64,000 bases of DNA from an uncultured Desulfosarcina sp. (GTDB lineage Bacteria > Desulfobacterota > Desulfobacteria > Desulfobacterales > Desulfosarcinaceae), in assembly GCA_963674945.2 (NCBI GenBank), contig CAXXWQ010000004.1:2688001-2752000 (forward strand), read 5' to 3'. Within the stretch, counting starts at the first letter, position 1. Every line of letters begins with the position of its first letter. Positions 50,867 to 60,036 of this stretch are shown piece after piece. The position numbers were made by a program, and so were the translations under genes. Under the pieces are notes generated by a model. That model searched no databases, was not told the origin of the DNA, and saw only the letters and a list, made by a program, of their open reading frames with translations.

Positions 50867-52975
50867 ATGCAACTTCTCCTCACCGGATTGAACAAAATCG
50901 AGATTCGTTCTTCCGATACGTTACAATCGAACGACAATAGCAAGCGTCTTCGCGTCCAATACTGCGGCGTATGCCGGACCGACGCCAAGATGTGGAACGA
51001 AGGGCACCGGGATCTGGTCTTTCCACGGGTGCCGGGACATGAAATCATGGCCGCGGACGATATGGGCAACGCCTTTACCGTATGGCCGGGAACCGCCTGT
51101 GGCGACTGCCCGTACTGCCGAAGCGGAAGGGAGAACCTGTGCGAGAATATGAAGATCATGGGATTTCACTTCGACGGCGGTTTCAGCGACAACCTGCTGG
51201 CCGGGCAAGAAAACATCATTGCGGTACCACCTGGCATTTCTCCCCATCTGGTATGTTTCGCCGAGCCGGTGGGTTGCGTGATCAACGCCCTGGAGAAAAT
51301 TGATCTGGCATCCGGTGATCGCCTGGTCATCTTCGGCGGCGGCACCGTCGGGTTGATCACCGCGTTGGTGGCCAGGGATTTTGGGGCCGTACCGCTGGTC
51401 ATCGAAAAAAATGCCAAAAAGATCGAAAAGGCCGCTCCCTTTCTCGCCCATCGGCAAATCAACTGTGTCCAGGAAACCCATGAGAGCGAGTTCGACGCTG
51501 TAATCAACGCCTGCCCGGATATCATCGCCTTCTGCCAGGGCGTAACCAAACTGGCCAGGGGCGGCCGATACGCCTTTTTCAGCGGCATTACCAAAAACCA
51601 GCACGTGGAGACCAACCTGCTCAACCTGTTTCACTACAAGGAGGCCACGGTGGTCGGTGCCTATGGCCTGACCCGCCGTGATCTCTCGGCCGCATTGACC
51701 ATCATCGGCAAATATCCAGAAGCGTTGGAAATGCTGGTGGAATCGGTAATCGCCCCCCACCAGCTTTCGGACGTACTTCCCAACGTACTGTCCGGAGACG
51801 CATTTAAATATATTCTGGATTTTTCCAATACGGATGAATCCGAACCCGGCCGGATCGGACCACAGTACCAACCGGCCGCCCCGGAAAATGCCGGCATCGA
51901 TAATCCTTTGCCCGAAGGTCGCCTCTATCAACGCACCTGCCTTGCCGTTGCACCGGTCTCCCGGGACCTTATGCCGGCGGCCCGGCAAAAGATGGACAAC
52001 AAGACCAAACCCTTAGGCGCCTTGGGGCGGCTGGAAGCGTTGGCCGTTCAAATGAGCCTGATCCAAAAAACCCTCTCACCGAAGACCGACGGAAAGGCAT
52101 TGTTCGTGTTTGCTGCAGACCATGGCATCACCGAAGAGGGCGTCTCCGCCTATCCCGCAGAGGTCACCGGCCAGATGGTTATGAACTTTCTCGAAGGCGG
52201 TGCGGCCATCAATGTACTGTGCAGACACCACAACATCCGGATGAAGATCGTCGACATGGGGGTCAATGCCGACATTGCCCCCCATCCCGACCTGATCGAC
52301 CGGAAAATTCGTCGTGGAACGCGCAATTTCGCTCTGGAACCGGCCATGACACATGAGGAAGCCATACGCGCCCTGGAGGCGGGCATGACCTGCTTTCTCG
52401 ACGCCCATGCCGCCGACCCGATTCATATCGTGGGCCTGGGAGAGATGGGGATCGGAAACACCACTGCGGCTTCGGCCATCATCTCTGCGGCCACCGGAAT
52501 ATCGCCAAAAGAAGCCACCGGCTGCGGTACCGGCGTCGATGACGCGGGAATTCGGCACAAAATCGAGGTGATCGAAAAGGTGCTGGGTTTTCAGCAACCG
52601 GATCCCGATGACGGACTGGACCTTTTGTGCAAGGTGGGGGGATTCGAAATCGCCGGAATCGTCGGTGCCGCACTGGCCGCGGCATCCAAAGGGGTCGCCG
52701 TGGTAATCGACGGCGTCATCTCCACGGCCGCCGGCCTCATCGCCCATCGGATCTGTCCGGCGATCGGAGACTACCTGATCAGCGGCCACCGCTCCGTGGA
52801 AGCGGCCCAGGCAGCCGCCCTGGAGCAGATGGGGCTCACGCCGGTCCTGGATCTCGAGATGCGGCTGGGAGAAGGCACCGGCGCGGCCATGACCATGGAC
52901 ATCGTTGCCGCCGCCTGCCGGATCATGAACGAGATGGCCTCCTTCGCGGATGCAGGGGTGTCTGGAAAATCTTGA
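50867..52975 (+). CDS. cobT: Fusion: Zn-dependent medium-chain dehydrogenase + nicotinate-nucleotide-dimethylbenzimidazole phosphoribosyltransferase CobT
   Basis: N-half CGVCRTD..GHE..CGDCPYC..C, EP, GGGTVG; C-half KTKPLGALGRLE, FAADHG, GEMGIGNTT, MRLGEGTGA; one uninterrupted 702-aa ORF. Confidence 0.92.
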   Translation: MQLLLTGLNKIEIRSSDTLQSNDNSKRLRVQYCGVCRTDAKMWNEGHRDLVFPRVPGHEIMAADDMGNAFTVWPGTACGDCPYCRSGRENLCENMKIMGFHFDGGFSDNLLAGQENIIAVPPGISPHLVCFAEPVGCVINALEKIDLASGDRLVIFGGGTVGLITALVARDFGAVPLVIEKNAKKIEKAAPFLAHRQINCVQETHESEFDAVINACPDIIAFCQGVTKLARGGRYAFFSGITKNQHVETNLLNLFHYKEATVVGAYGLTRRDLSAALTIIGKYPEALEMLVESVIAPHQLSDVLPNVLSGDAFKYILDFSNTDESEPGRIGPQYQPAAPENAGIDNPLPEGRLYQRTCLAVAPVSRDLMPAARQKMDNKTKPLGALGRLEALAVQMSLIQKTLSPKTDGKALFVFAADHGITEEGVSAYPAEVTGQMVMNFLEGGAAINVLCRHHNIRMKIVDMGVNADIAPHPDLIDRKIRRGTRNFALEPAMTHEEAIRALEAGMTCFLDAHAADPIHIVGLGEMGIGNTTAASAIISAATGISPKEATGCGTGVDDAGIRHKIEVIEKVLGFQQPDPDDGLDLLCKVGGFEIAGIVGAALAAASKGVAVVIDGVISTAAGLIAHRICPAIGDYLISGHRSVEAAQAAALEQMGLTPVLDLEMRLGEGTGAAMTMDIVAAACRIMNEMASFADAGVSGKS

Positions 52976-53549
52976 CAATTCCCTTGCACGTCGTAAAATT
53001 GTAAAAATAGAATTGAACTTACAGACTCGTTCTTTTCTGACCATCCTAACAATGGATATCACTACATCGATACAGATAGATCGACCTAATCACAGATTTA
53101 CCCATGAGAGACCAACCACAATTTTACGGCTTTAATGGTGAAAGAACGATTCAAACATGAAATCCTGTCAGGAATTTTTGCAGTATGTAAAATTGAAATC
53201 GGTACTCGCTTACAATTGGGTTTGAAATGTCTCGACGGTTAAGTGAAATCGGACTGTTCATTTCCGCAATAATCCATCTGCTTGTAGTCTAACGCCAGAA
53301 GCGCAATCCTGTCCCTTGGGTCCTGACGAGATCGCTTTTTCTCAAACAGGGAATTGTTGAAATCATGATCAGAGTCAACAACCACCGGCAAGGCGGGTGG
53401 CTTGGATAGGCGGCCGATGGCCGCATATCCAAAAACACGTCAGTGCTTTCATCGTTCGGGTTGGTCCGAATGCAATGCACCCGGTTTGAACACAACGAAT
53501 CAGTGCCTTGATCGGTATAGATGTATCGTTCGTTATATACCTGACAGCC

Positions 53550-53564
53550 TGGCACATGGTTTGC
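53550..53564 (+). promoter_or_regulatory. Sigma54 (-24/-12) promoter
   Basis: TGGCACATGGTTTGC matches TGGCAC-N5-TTGC. Confidence 0.75.
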
Positions 53565-53596
53565 GTTAAAACTTTTTTAACTTCTCGAATGGAAGA

Positions 53597-53801
53597 ATGC
53601 TCAGCATCAAAGGAGAGAAAAGGAAGATAAAGAGAAAAACGATGTTATGGTGGAGCGGCTCTATGGATCAATCACCCGCGTGGTGGATCTGCCTGTAGAC
53701 GTTGACCCGGATGTTTCTTTCGTTTCTGCAAAAGACGGGTCTCCGCACGCGGAGCCGTCGGCCAGTTCAACCCGCCAGCAGCCAGTGGCGGCAACAGAGT
53801 G
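53597..53801 (+). pseudogene. Hsp20/alpha-crystallin remnant
   Basis: LSIKGEK, then after a frameshift KEDKEKNDVMVERLYGSITRVVDLPVDVDPD..KDG. Confidence 0.6.
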
Positions 53802-53807
53802 AGCCTC

Positions 53808-55442
53808 ATGCCAATCTCCCATCAATCCAAGATCTTACGCGCCATGATGCAGCCGGAATGCTACCCGCATCCGGTCCAGGCCATCGAACGGCGCGAAACC
53901 CATATTTCGACGGTGTTTCTCACCGGGCCCTTTGTCTACAAGATAAAAAAACCGGTGGATCTGGGTTTCCTGGATTTTTCGACCCTCGATAAACGCCGTA
54001 CCTGCTGCCGACAGGAAGTCACCTTGAACCGCCGCCTCTCTGAGGGCGTTTATGTGGACGTCGTTCCCATTACCCTCCATGACGGCCGATATAAAGTAGA
54101 CGCGTCGGGTCCGGCCGTGGAGTTCGCCGTGAAAATGCGCCAGCTGGCCGATGCGGACGCCATGCACCAGCGCCTTACGGACGCCTCCCTCACCCAGGGG
54201 CAGATGGAGGCTCTGATGCGCCGGCTGGTGGATTTCTACGAGAACGCCACAGCAGACTGTGCCATGGCGGCGACCGCCGTACCCGCCTGGGAGGAGAACC
54301 TCCAACGAATGGATGGTTTCGCCGGCATATGGATCGACCGTCGGCAGTATGCGTTCGTCCGCACCGCAATGCGCACCTTCGCCGGTAATCGCCAATCCGT
54401 TTTCGAACGTCGTCGCACCAATCAAAAAATCAGGGACGGTCACGGGGATCTGCGCAGCGACCACATCTACTTTACTGAAGACGGGATTCAGGTCATCGAC
54501 TGCATCGAATTCAATTCGGAACTGCGCTGTGTGGATATCATCAGCGACCTGGCCTTTCTGGCAATGGACCTGGAGGCGCAAGGATTCTGGCCGACGGCCG
54601 CATCCCTGATCCAATTGTACATCCACGCCACCGGTGATCTCGGTGCCCTGCCCCTGCTGGATTTTTACCGCTGCTATCGGGCCATGGTACGCTGCAAGGT
54701 GAGTTGTTACCGGCTCGCCGAAGGCGGACAGGCGTATCCCGCATGGAACGACTTCCGGCGATCTGCCGCCCGCTATCTGGACTTGGCCCGGCAGTATGCC
54801 GAGCTGTTCTGCCGTCCAACGCTGTGGGTGGTCTGCGGCCCGCCCGCCTCGGGGAAAAGCACCATCGCCGCCGCCCTGGCGGCCCTTTATGAAATCGCCG
54901 TGATCCGTTCCGATGTGTTGCGCAAAAAACTCTTCGGCGGATCCGCCGATCCTCTTATGAGAAACACCTTGGACCAAGGGATCTACTCGCCGTCGGCCAC
55001 CGAAACCACATATGAACGAATGAATCGGCTGGCGGATGAAGCCCTCAAAACGGGCAACAGCATGGTGGTGGATGCCACCTTCAGCCGCATGGCGCATCGA
55101 CTTCAGATCCTGCGCATGGCCAAAAATCGTCAGGCGCTGCCGGTCTTCGTGGAGTGTCTGGCGGACGAAGCGATCCTGGCCGAACGGCTCCGAAAACGCG
55201 AGACGGCGCCATCTGTCTCAGACGCCCGCCTGCTCCATCTCGAAGCCTTCAAAAGCCGGTTTGAACCCCTGAAGGCCATGACCGGGGCCGTCCACATTCG
55301 TATCGACACGGCCGACCCCTTGCCGCACTGCCTGCGGCAGATCCTGCTCACGACGGTTCAGCCCGCCGCAGCGCCGGTTGCACCGAACCAACGCGCCCAA
55401 CAAGGAGGATATCATGTTTCATCGAATTCTGGCGGCCACTGA
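53808..55442 (+). CDS. Bifunctional aminoglycoside-phosphotransferase-like / AAA_33 P-loop kinase
   Basis: ETHISTVFL..KIKKPVDLGFLDFST, HGDLRSDHI, DCIEF, CGPPASGKST, VDATF. Confidence 0.88.
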   Translation: MPISHQSKILRAMMQPECYPHPVQAIERRETHISTVFLTGPFVYKIKKPVDLGFLDFSTLDKRRTCCRQEVTLNRRLSEGVYVDVVPITLHDGRYKVDASGPAVEFAVKMRQLADADAMHQRLTDASLTQGQMEALMRRLVDFYENATADCAMAATAVPAWEENLQRMDGFAGIWIDRRQYAFVRTAMRTFAGNRQSVFERRRTNQKIRDGHGDLRSDHIYFTEDGIQVIDCIEFNSELRCVDIISDLAFLAMDLEAQGFWPTAASLIQLYIHATGDLGALPLLDFYRCYRAMVRCKVSCYRLAEGGQAYPAWNDFRRSAARYLDLARQYAELFCRPTLWVVCGPPASGKSTIAAALAALYEIAVIRSDVLRKKLFGGSADPLMRNTLDQGIYSPSATETTYERMNRLADEALKTGNSMVVDATFSRMAHRLQILRMAKNRQALPVFVECLADEAILAERLRKRETAPSVSDARLLHLEAFKSRFEPLKAMTGAVHIRIDTADPLPHCLRQILLTTVQPAAAPVAPNQRAQQGGYHVSSNSGGH

Positions 55443-56391
55443 CCTCGTTACCACGGTTGATGCACCGGTGCTGACGGCAGCCCGTCTGGCCCGGCATCAC
55501 AATGCCCGGCTCGATGTGCTGCATGTAATGGAATCGTCGTCGCTGAGCAACCGCCGTCTGGTCCGACATTATGCCACCGATGAGGAACGCCTCGCCGATG
55601 CTGACTATGAACAATCCGTAGCCCAGGCGCTTCGGCAGACTTACGGCGATGTGCTGGCGGGAATCAACGTTTCGCTGCATATCGGTGCCGGCTTTCCCTG
55701 GGAAGCGATCCTGCATTGGTCCGCCCGGATCGATGCCGATCTCATCGTTATGGGGCCGCATTCGACGCGCTCCCAGGAAAAAGGCGTGGTGCGAATCGCC
55801 GGCAAGGTCGGATCCACCGTGGCGCACGTGATGACCCACGAAACCTGTCCGGTAATGATCGCCCGTCACCCCGCCGAGGAAGATCTGCTCCATTTCCGCC
55901 GTGTGCTGATCCCCGTCGACTTCTCCCGATCCTGCGAATGTGCCATCTGTTTCGCCGCGCGGCTGGCTGCCCGATGCCACAGCCGGCTGCTGGTGTTCCA
56001 CATGATGCCGGTTCCACCGGTCCCCAAATACTCCCGGGAGGCGTATGCCCGGGACAAGAACCATGCCCGCGAACGGCTCGATGCATTCTACACCACCTAT
56101 CTGGACGGCATCGACCACCGATTCCTGATCCGTGCCGGCGCCGTCCCCCACCTGGAAATTCTAAAGGCCGCCGAGGAGCATCAGGCAGATCTGATCATCA
56201 TGGGATCCCACACCAAGGAGACCTCAGGCAAATGGTACCCGGGCAGCGCGGTGGAACGCGTCGCTTACAGGGCGGCTTGCCCGGTGGCCGTAATCACCGA
56301 CCCGCAGGTGCTGATCCGCTGGGACGGCAGATTGTCCGATGACCAGAGTAAAACGGCGGATCGTTGGATCCATGTCTTTACCGGGACTTGA
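55414..56391 (+). CDS. Tandem universal stress protein
   Basis: FHRILAATD..DLIVMG..GST..CPV and FRRVLIPVDFS..DLIIMGSH..GS..CPV; AGGAGG RBS. Confidence 0.92.
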   Translation: MFHRILAATDLVTTVDAPVLTAARLARHHNARLDVLHVMESSSLSNRRLVRHYATDEERLADADYEQSVAQALRQTYGDVLAGINVSLHIGAGFPWEAILHWSARIDADLIVMGPHSTRSQEKGVVRIAGKVGSTVAHVMTHETCPVMIARHPAEEDLLHFRRVLIPVDFSRSCECAICFAARLAARCHSRLLVFHMMPVPPVPKYSREAYARDKNHARERLDAFYTTYLDGIDHRFLIRAGAVPHLEILKAAEEHQADLIIMGSHTKETSGKWYPGSAVERVAYRAACPVAVITDPQVLIRWDGRLSDDQSKTADRWIHVFTGT

Positions 56392-56425
56392 TCCCGGCTT
56401 ACCAACCAAACCAAGGAGGAGTCCC

Positions 56426-56593
56426 ATGACAACCAAATCACAAGTTTTCAAATGCAACGCCTGCGGCGCCATCGTGGCAGTGATCACAGGCGGCAAGGGG
56501 GAACTGGTCTGCTGCGACCAGAAAATGAACGAGGTGACCCCGGACAAAGCCAAGAAGCTGATCCATGGCATAACGCGACCCGGTACACCCTGA
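56426..56593 (+). CDS. Desulforedoxin-domain (Fe-Cys4) small protein
   Basis: FKCNACGAIV..GELVCCDQKM; AGGAGG RBS. Confidence 0.85.
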   Translation: MTTKSQVFKCNACGAIVAVITGGKGELVCCDQKMNEVTPDKAKKLIHGITRPGTP

Positions 56594-56705
56594 TTCGCCC
56601 GGCACACATCGGCTGCGGGAACGACGCCAAGCGCAGCAGGCCGGTACGGCTGCACCTGTATTAGACGCAACCCATCGGCAGGGGGGCCGAATTTGAAACA
56701 GAACG

Positions 56706-57290
56706 TCAGAAGTGGTAGCGTACCCCCGCCCCTAGTGCATTCGACCCCCCATCCTCATGGACGGTCCCGAAACCATCCGAGCGGTGATGCAACCGGAGCA
56801 AGGCCTCCCAGCGGGCCTTGGGCGGCCCCATTGTCAATTCACCGAACCAGTAGATCAACCATCGGTTACTGTTTTCGTTGGTATCGAGCTCGACTTTCGG
56901 GATTCGGGTAGCATAGGAAGGGCCGATTCCCCATGCCAGACTGGTGGCCAGGTGCTCGTCCCAGGGAAACCGATGCCAGCGAAAACCGAAGATGGAAAGG
57001 TCGAACTCCCAGTGGTGCTGGCCGCCGAAGTGTTTGCCGACAACGGCCTCCATCTCCCAGGATAGTTGATCGTTGAAAAATCGTTTGGCCGTCCATGCCC
57101 CGGCAACCGCCAAAAGGGTAGCATCCGTGTACTGTGCCCCGGGCAAGATGGCCTGTTCCCACTTCTCCCTGGTCATCTGCGCACCGTAAAGGGCCAGGGC
57201 AAACTCCTGGGCAAAAAGAGAGCCCGGCCAGGTTGAAAGGAGAAGGCTCGCAATGCCGGCCAGGAAGATCTTTCTCGACAGTGTCATCAT
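56706..57290 (-). CDS. Small outer-membrane beta-barrel (PagL/acyloxyacyl hydrolase-like)
   Basis: Signal peptide, GIGPSYA, RLHHRSDGFG..GGSN..GVRYHF C-terminus. Confidence 0.7.
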   Translation of the reverse strand: MMTLSRKIFLAGIASLLLSTWPGSLFAQEFALALYGAQMTREKWEQAILPGAQYTDATLLAVAGAWTAKRFFNDQLSWEMEAVVGKHFGGQHHWEFDLSIFGFRWHRFPWDEHLATSLAWGIGPSYATRIPKVELDTNENSNRWLIYWFGELTMGPPKARWEALLRLHHRSDGFGTVHEDGGSNALGAGVRYHF

Positions 57291-57366
57291 TGTCCGATGG
57301 TGATGGGAAAAACGCCCGCAATCGGACGATATCGATTGCGGGCAAATTGGCCATTTCTGTGTGGTA

Positions 57367-59252
57367 CTATCCCGCAATGGTCCTTGCATCCAACCCCAAC
57401 GCCTTGCGTTTGTTTTCGATCGTCCGGCGCAGGAAAACGGCCGCCTTTTCCGGATCCGGCTCGACGGCAAAGGTGGCGCCCACCACCTCCTTGAGACCGT
57501 CGGTGAGAAGGTTGACCACGTTCATGCTGCCGGTAATGGGCGGCATGGGCCCAAGGTGCGTGGTGACGCCCGAGGCGACGAAGTAGGTGCCGATGGTCAC
57601 CGCCTTTTCCGAGTACCACTCCGGCGCCGATCCGGCCACGGGCAGATCGCCGATGTCCACGCCCAGGGCGTCGGCCAGGGCCGATACCAGCACGAGGATG
57701 CGTACGTTGTCCACACAACTGCCCATGTGGAGCACCGGCGGAATCTTCAGGGCGGTGCAGATCTCCTTCAGTCCCGGTCCGGCCATTTTCGCCGCCTCGG
57801 GCAGTTTGAAACCGGCCTTGGCGTTGGCCACGGATACGCAGCCTGTGTCCACGACGAGGATGTCGTTCTCGATGAGCCGCCGGGTCAGGGTCACGTGGCC
57901 GTAATCGTGCTTGATTTTGGGATTGTTGCACCCCACGATGCCCACGGCACCCCGGATCTTTCCGGCCTTGATGGCATCGATGAGCGGATCGGGCGTCCCC
58001 CCCAGGGCACCCACGATGGTCTCCACGGAAAAACCGCCGACGGCATTCTGGGGCGTTACCGGGATGAGGACGGCACCCCGGTTGGTAAAGTTCTCCACCG
58101 CTTCTTTCACCACATCCACGGCCTTTTTCTCGGCGTTGTCCGGGTGAAACTCGTGATGGGTCATGTGAGGAAACTGGGCCTTGTCGCTGGTGCTGATCAT
58201 CTTGGTATGGTAGCACCCGGCCACTTTTCCCACCGAGGGCATGATACACTGGTAGTCCACGATCATCATATCCACGGCGCCGGTGGACAGGATCAGTTCG
58301 GTCATCAGGTGGTTACCCGCCATGGCGATACCCCTTCTCATGAGAAGTTCGTTGCCGGTGCAGCACACCCCCACCAGGTTAATGCCCTTGGCGCCTTTGG
58401 ACTTGGCAAGATCCAGCAAATCCCGGGACTGGCAGGCGGCGGAAACCATTTCAGAAACCACCGGGTTGTGACCGTGGACAACGATGTTCACCTGATCCTC
58501 TCTGAGAACACCGGCGTTGACCGTAGTCGGCCGCGGGGTGGGCACGCCAAAGAGGATATCCGATACTTCGGTGGCGATCATGGAGCCGCCCCAGCCATCG
58601 GACAGTGCGTTTCGCATGGCCTGGAGGAGCAGGGTCTGCCAGTTGTTGTCCACACCCATATGGGTACGATGCATCATCTCCGAGGTTTCCCGGTCGATGC
58701 CCCGGGGTGTCAGGTTGAACTTCTCCCATATCTCCCGCCGCTTTTTCGGTGCCCGGGCCACCAGTTTGATGGACTTCTGGCGCATGCCGTAGTCTTCCAT
58801 CATGGCCTGGGCCAGATCGCCGGCAATGGCCAGGGGTGTCTTTCCGTCAATGGCAACACCGTATTCTGTAGCCACGCGTTTGAGTTTTTCCTCGTCGCGA
58901 ATCTGATATCCGATGGCAGTGCCGTCCGCGACCCCGGCCATCACCTCCACCAGGTCCCTGCCATGGTCGGAGTGGGCCGCGGCACCGGCCGCTACCATGC
59001 GGCACAGATTGCGGGCCACGATGATGTCGGCATCGGCGCCGCAAACGCCGGTCTGGGGCCCCTCGCCAAAAGGATCCACCCGGCACGGTCCCATGACGCA
59101 GATTCGACAGGAAAGGCCCATGTCGCAGAAACCGCATTGGGGCTGCTGCGCCTCGTGGCGCTCCCAGACCGTTTCGATTCCGTCCTGCCTGGCTTTTTCA
59201 TAAAGCCGATTCCCATCTTCGGTGACCGAAAAACGCGATTTGGGTCAAACAT
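57367..59252 (-). CDS. cooS: Anaerobic carbon-monoxide dehydrogenase catalytic subunit, with a frameshift within the first 9 codons
   Basis: QQPQCGFC..SCRICVMGPC, GAAAHSDH, HGHNP, GVCCTGNE, DYQC, GCNNP, GSCVDN, EKAVTIG. The ATG with RBS at 59252 is out of frame with the body. Confidence 0.93.
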
Positions 59253-59262
59253 AATACCCTCC

Positions 59263-59862
59263 TTACATTCGTGTAAGATTTATTTCCGATTGTGTAACAG
59301 CCCTGTTCAATGCCACACCGGTGGGAACGGCCGGACGGTCGGCATCCGACGACATACTGCGTGCCACATCCCTGTTTTTCCGTGCCATGGCGGCGTCCAT
59401 CTCTTCGTAGGTCAATGCTCCTGCCTTGCAAATTTCCACGCAGGCAGGCGTTTGGCCCTTGGCCGTCCGGGCGCTGCAGTTGTCGCATTTGATGGCGATG
59501 GCGTGTCCGGCGGGTCCCAGCGGGTCCTCATGAAAACGAATGACACCGAAGGGACAGGCCATGGCACAGGATGCGCAGTTGATACAACGATCCGGGTTGA
59601 CCATCACCGTGCCCGTGGACGCCCGGCGATAGATGGCACCGGCCAGGCATGCGGCCTGGCAGGGGGCAGGGTCGCAATGGCGGCATCGGTTGGGAAACCC
59701 TTCGTTGAAGAGACCGGCGCCCACGTGAATCCTCGGCTTTGGCAGCGGCGTCTCCTGAGTCGCGGCAAACAGAGACAGGCTCTTGGAATGCGCCGCGGCG
59801 CAGGCCAGCATGCACTGCATGCAACCCACGCATTTTTCTGGATGGACGACAACCTGTTTCAT
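59263..59862 (-). CDS. cooF: 4Fe-4S dicluster protein CooF
   Basis: CVGCMQCMLAC, CRHC..PC..C, CINCASCAMACPFG, KCDNC..AC..C; GGAGG RBS. Confidence 0.9.
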   Translation of the reverse strand: MKQVVVHPEKCVGCMQCMLACAAAHSKSLSLFAATQETPLPKPRIHVGAGLFNEGFPNRCRHCDPAPCQAACLAGAIYRRASTGTVMVNPDRCINCASCAMACPFGVIRFHEDPLGPAGHAIAIKCDNCSARTAKGQTPACVEICKAGALTYEEMDAAMARKNRDVARSMSSDADRPAVPTGVALNRAVTQSEINLTRM

Positions 59863-60036
59863 CTCTCCTCCTTTTATGCATCGACTTCGAGATCGGAGTT
59901 TTTGGACTGCGGTATTGGTCGTCGCGGTATACCAACACACAGCGTCCTCCCACTATCCTTGCCAAGAACACCGATCTCAATGTCCCGTGGGAACGATACA
60001 AAGTAAAATTGATCATTAACGAAAAGATCTCAATTA

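Noticed and set aside
59243..59245. In-frame TGA upstream of the cooS body as selenocysteine
   Set aside because: It is not at a Cys-equivalent position and there is no in-frame start before it; a frameshift explains it better.
59945..59965. Sigma54 promoter upstream of cooF
   Set aside because: Minus-strand TGGCAAGGATAGTGG lacks the -12 GC dinucleotide.
57361..60006. 881-aa plus-strand ORF, and similar long antisense ORFs (5544-6713, 22021-23013, 53835-55097)
   Set aside because: These are antisense shadows of well-supported genes in GC-rich coding DNA and have no recognisable motifs.
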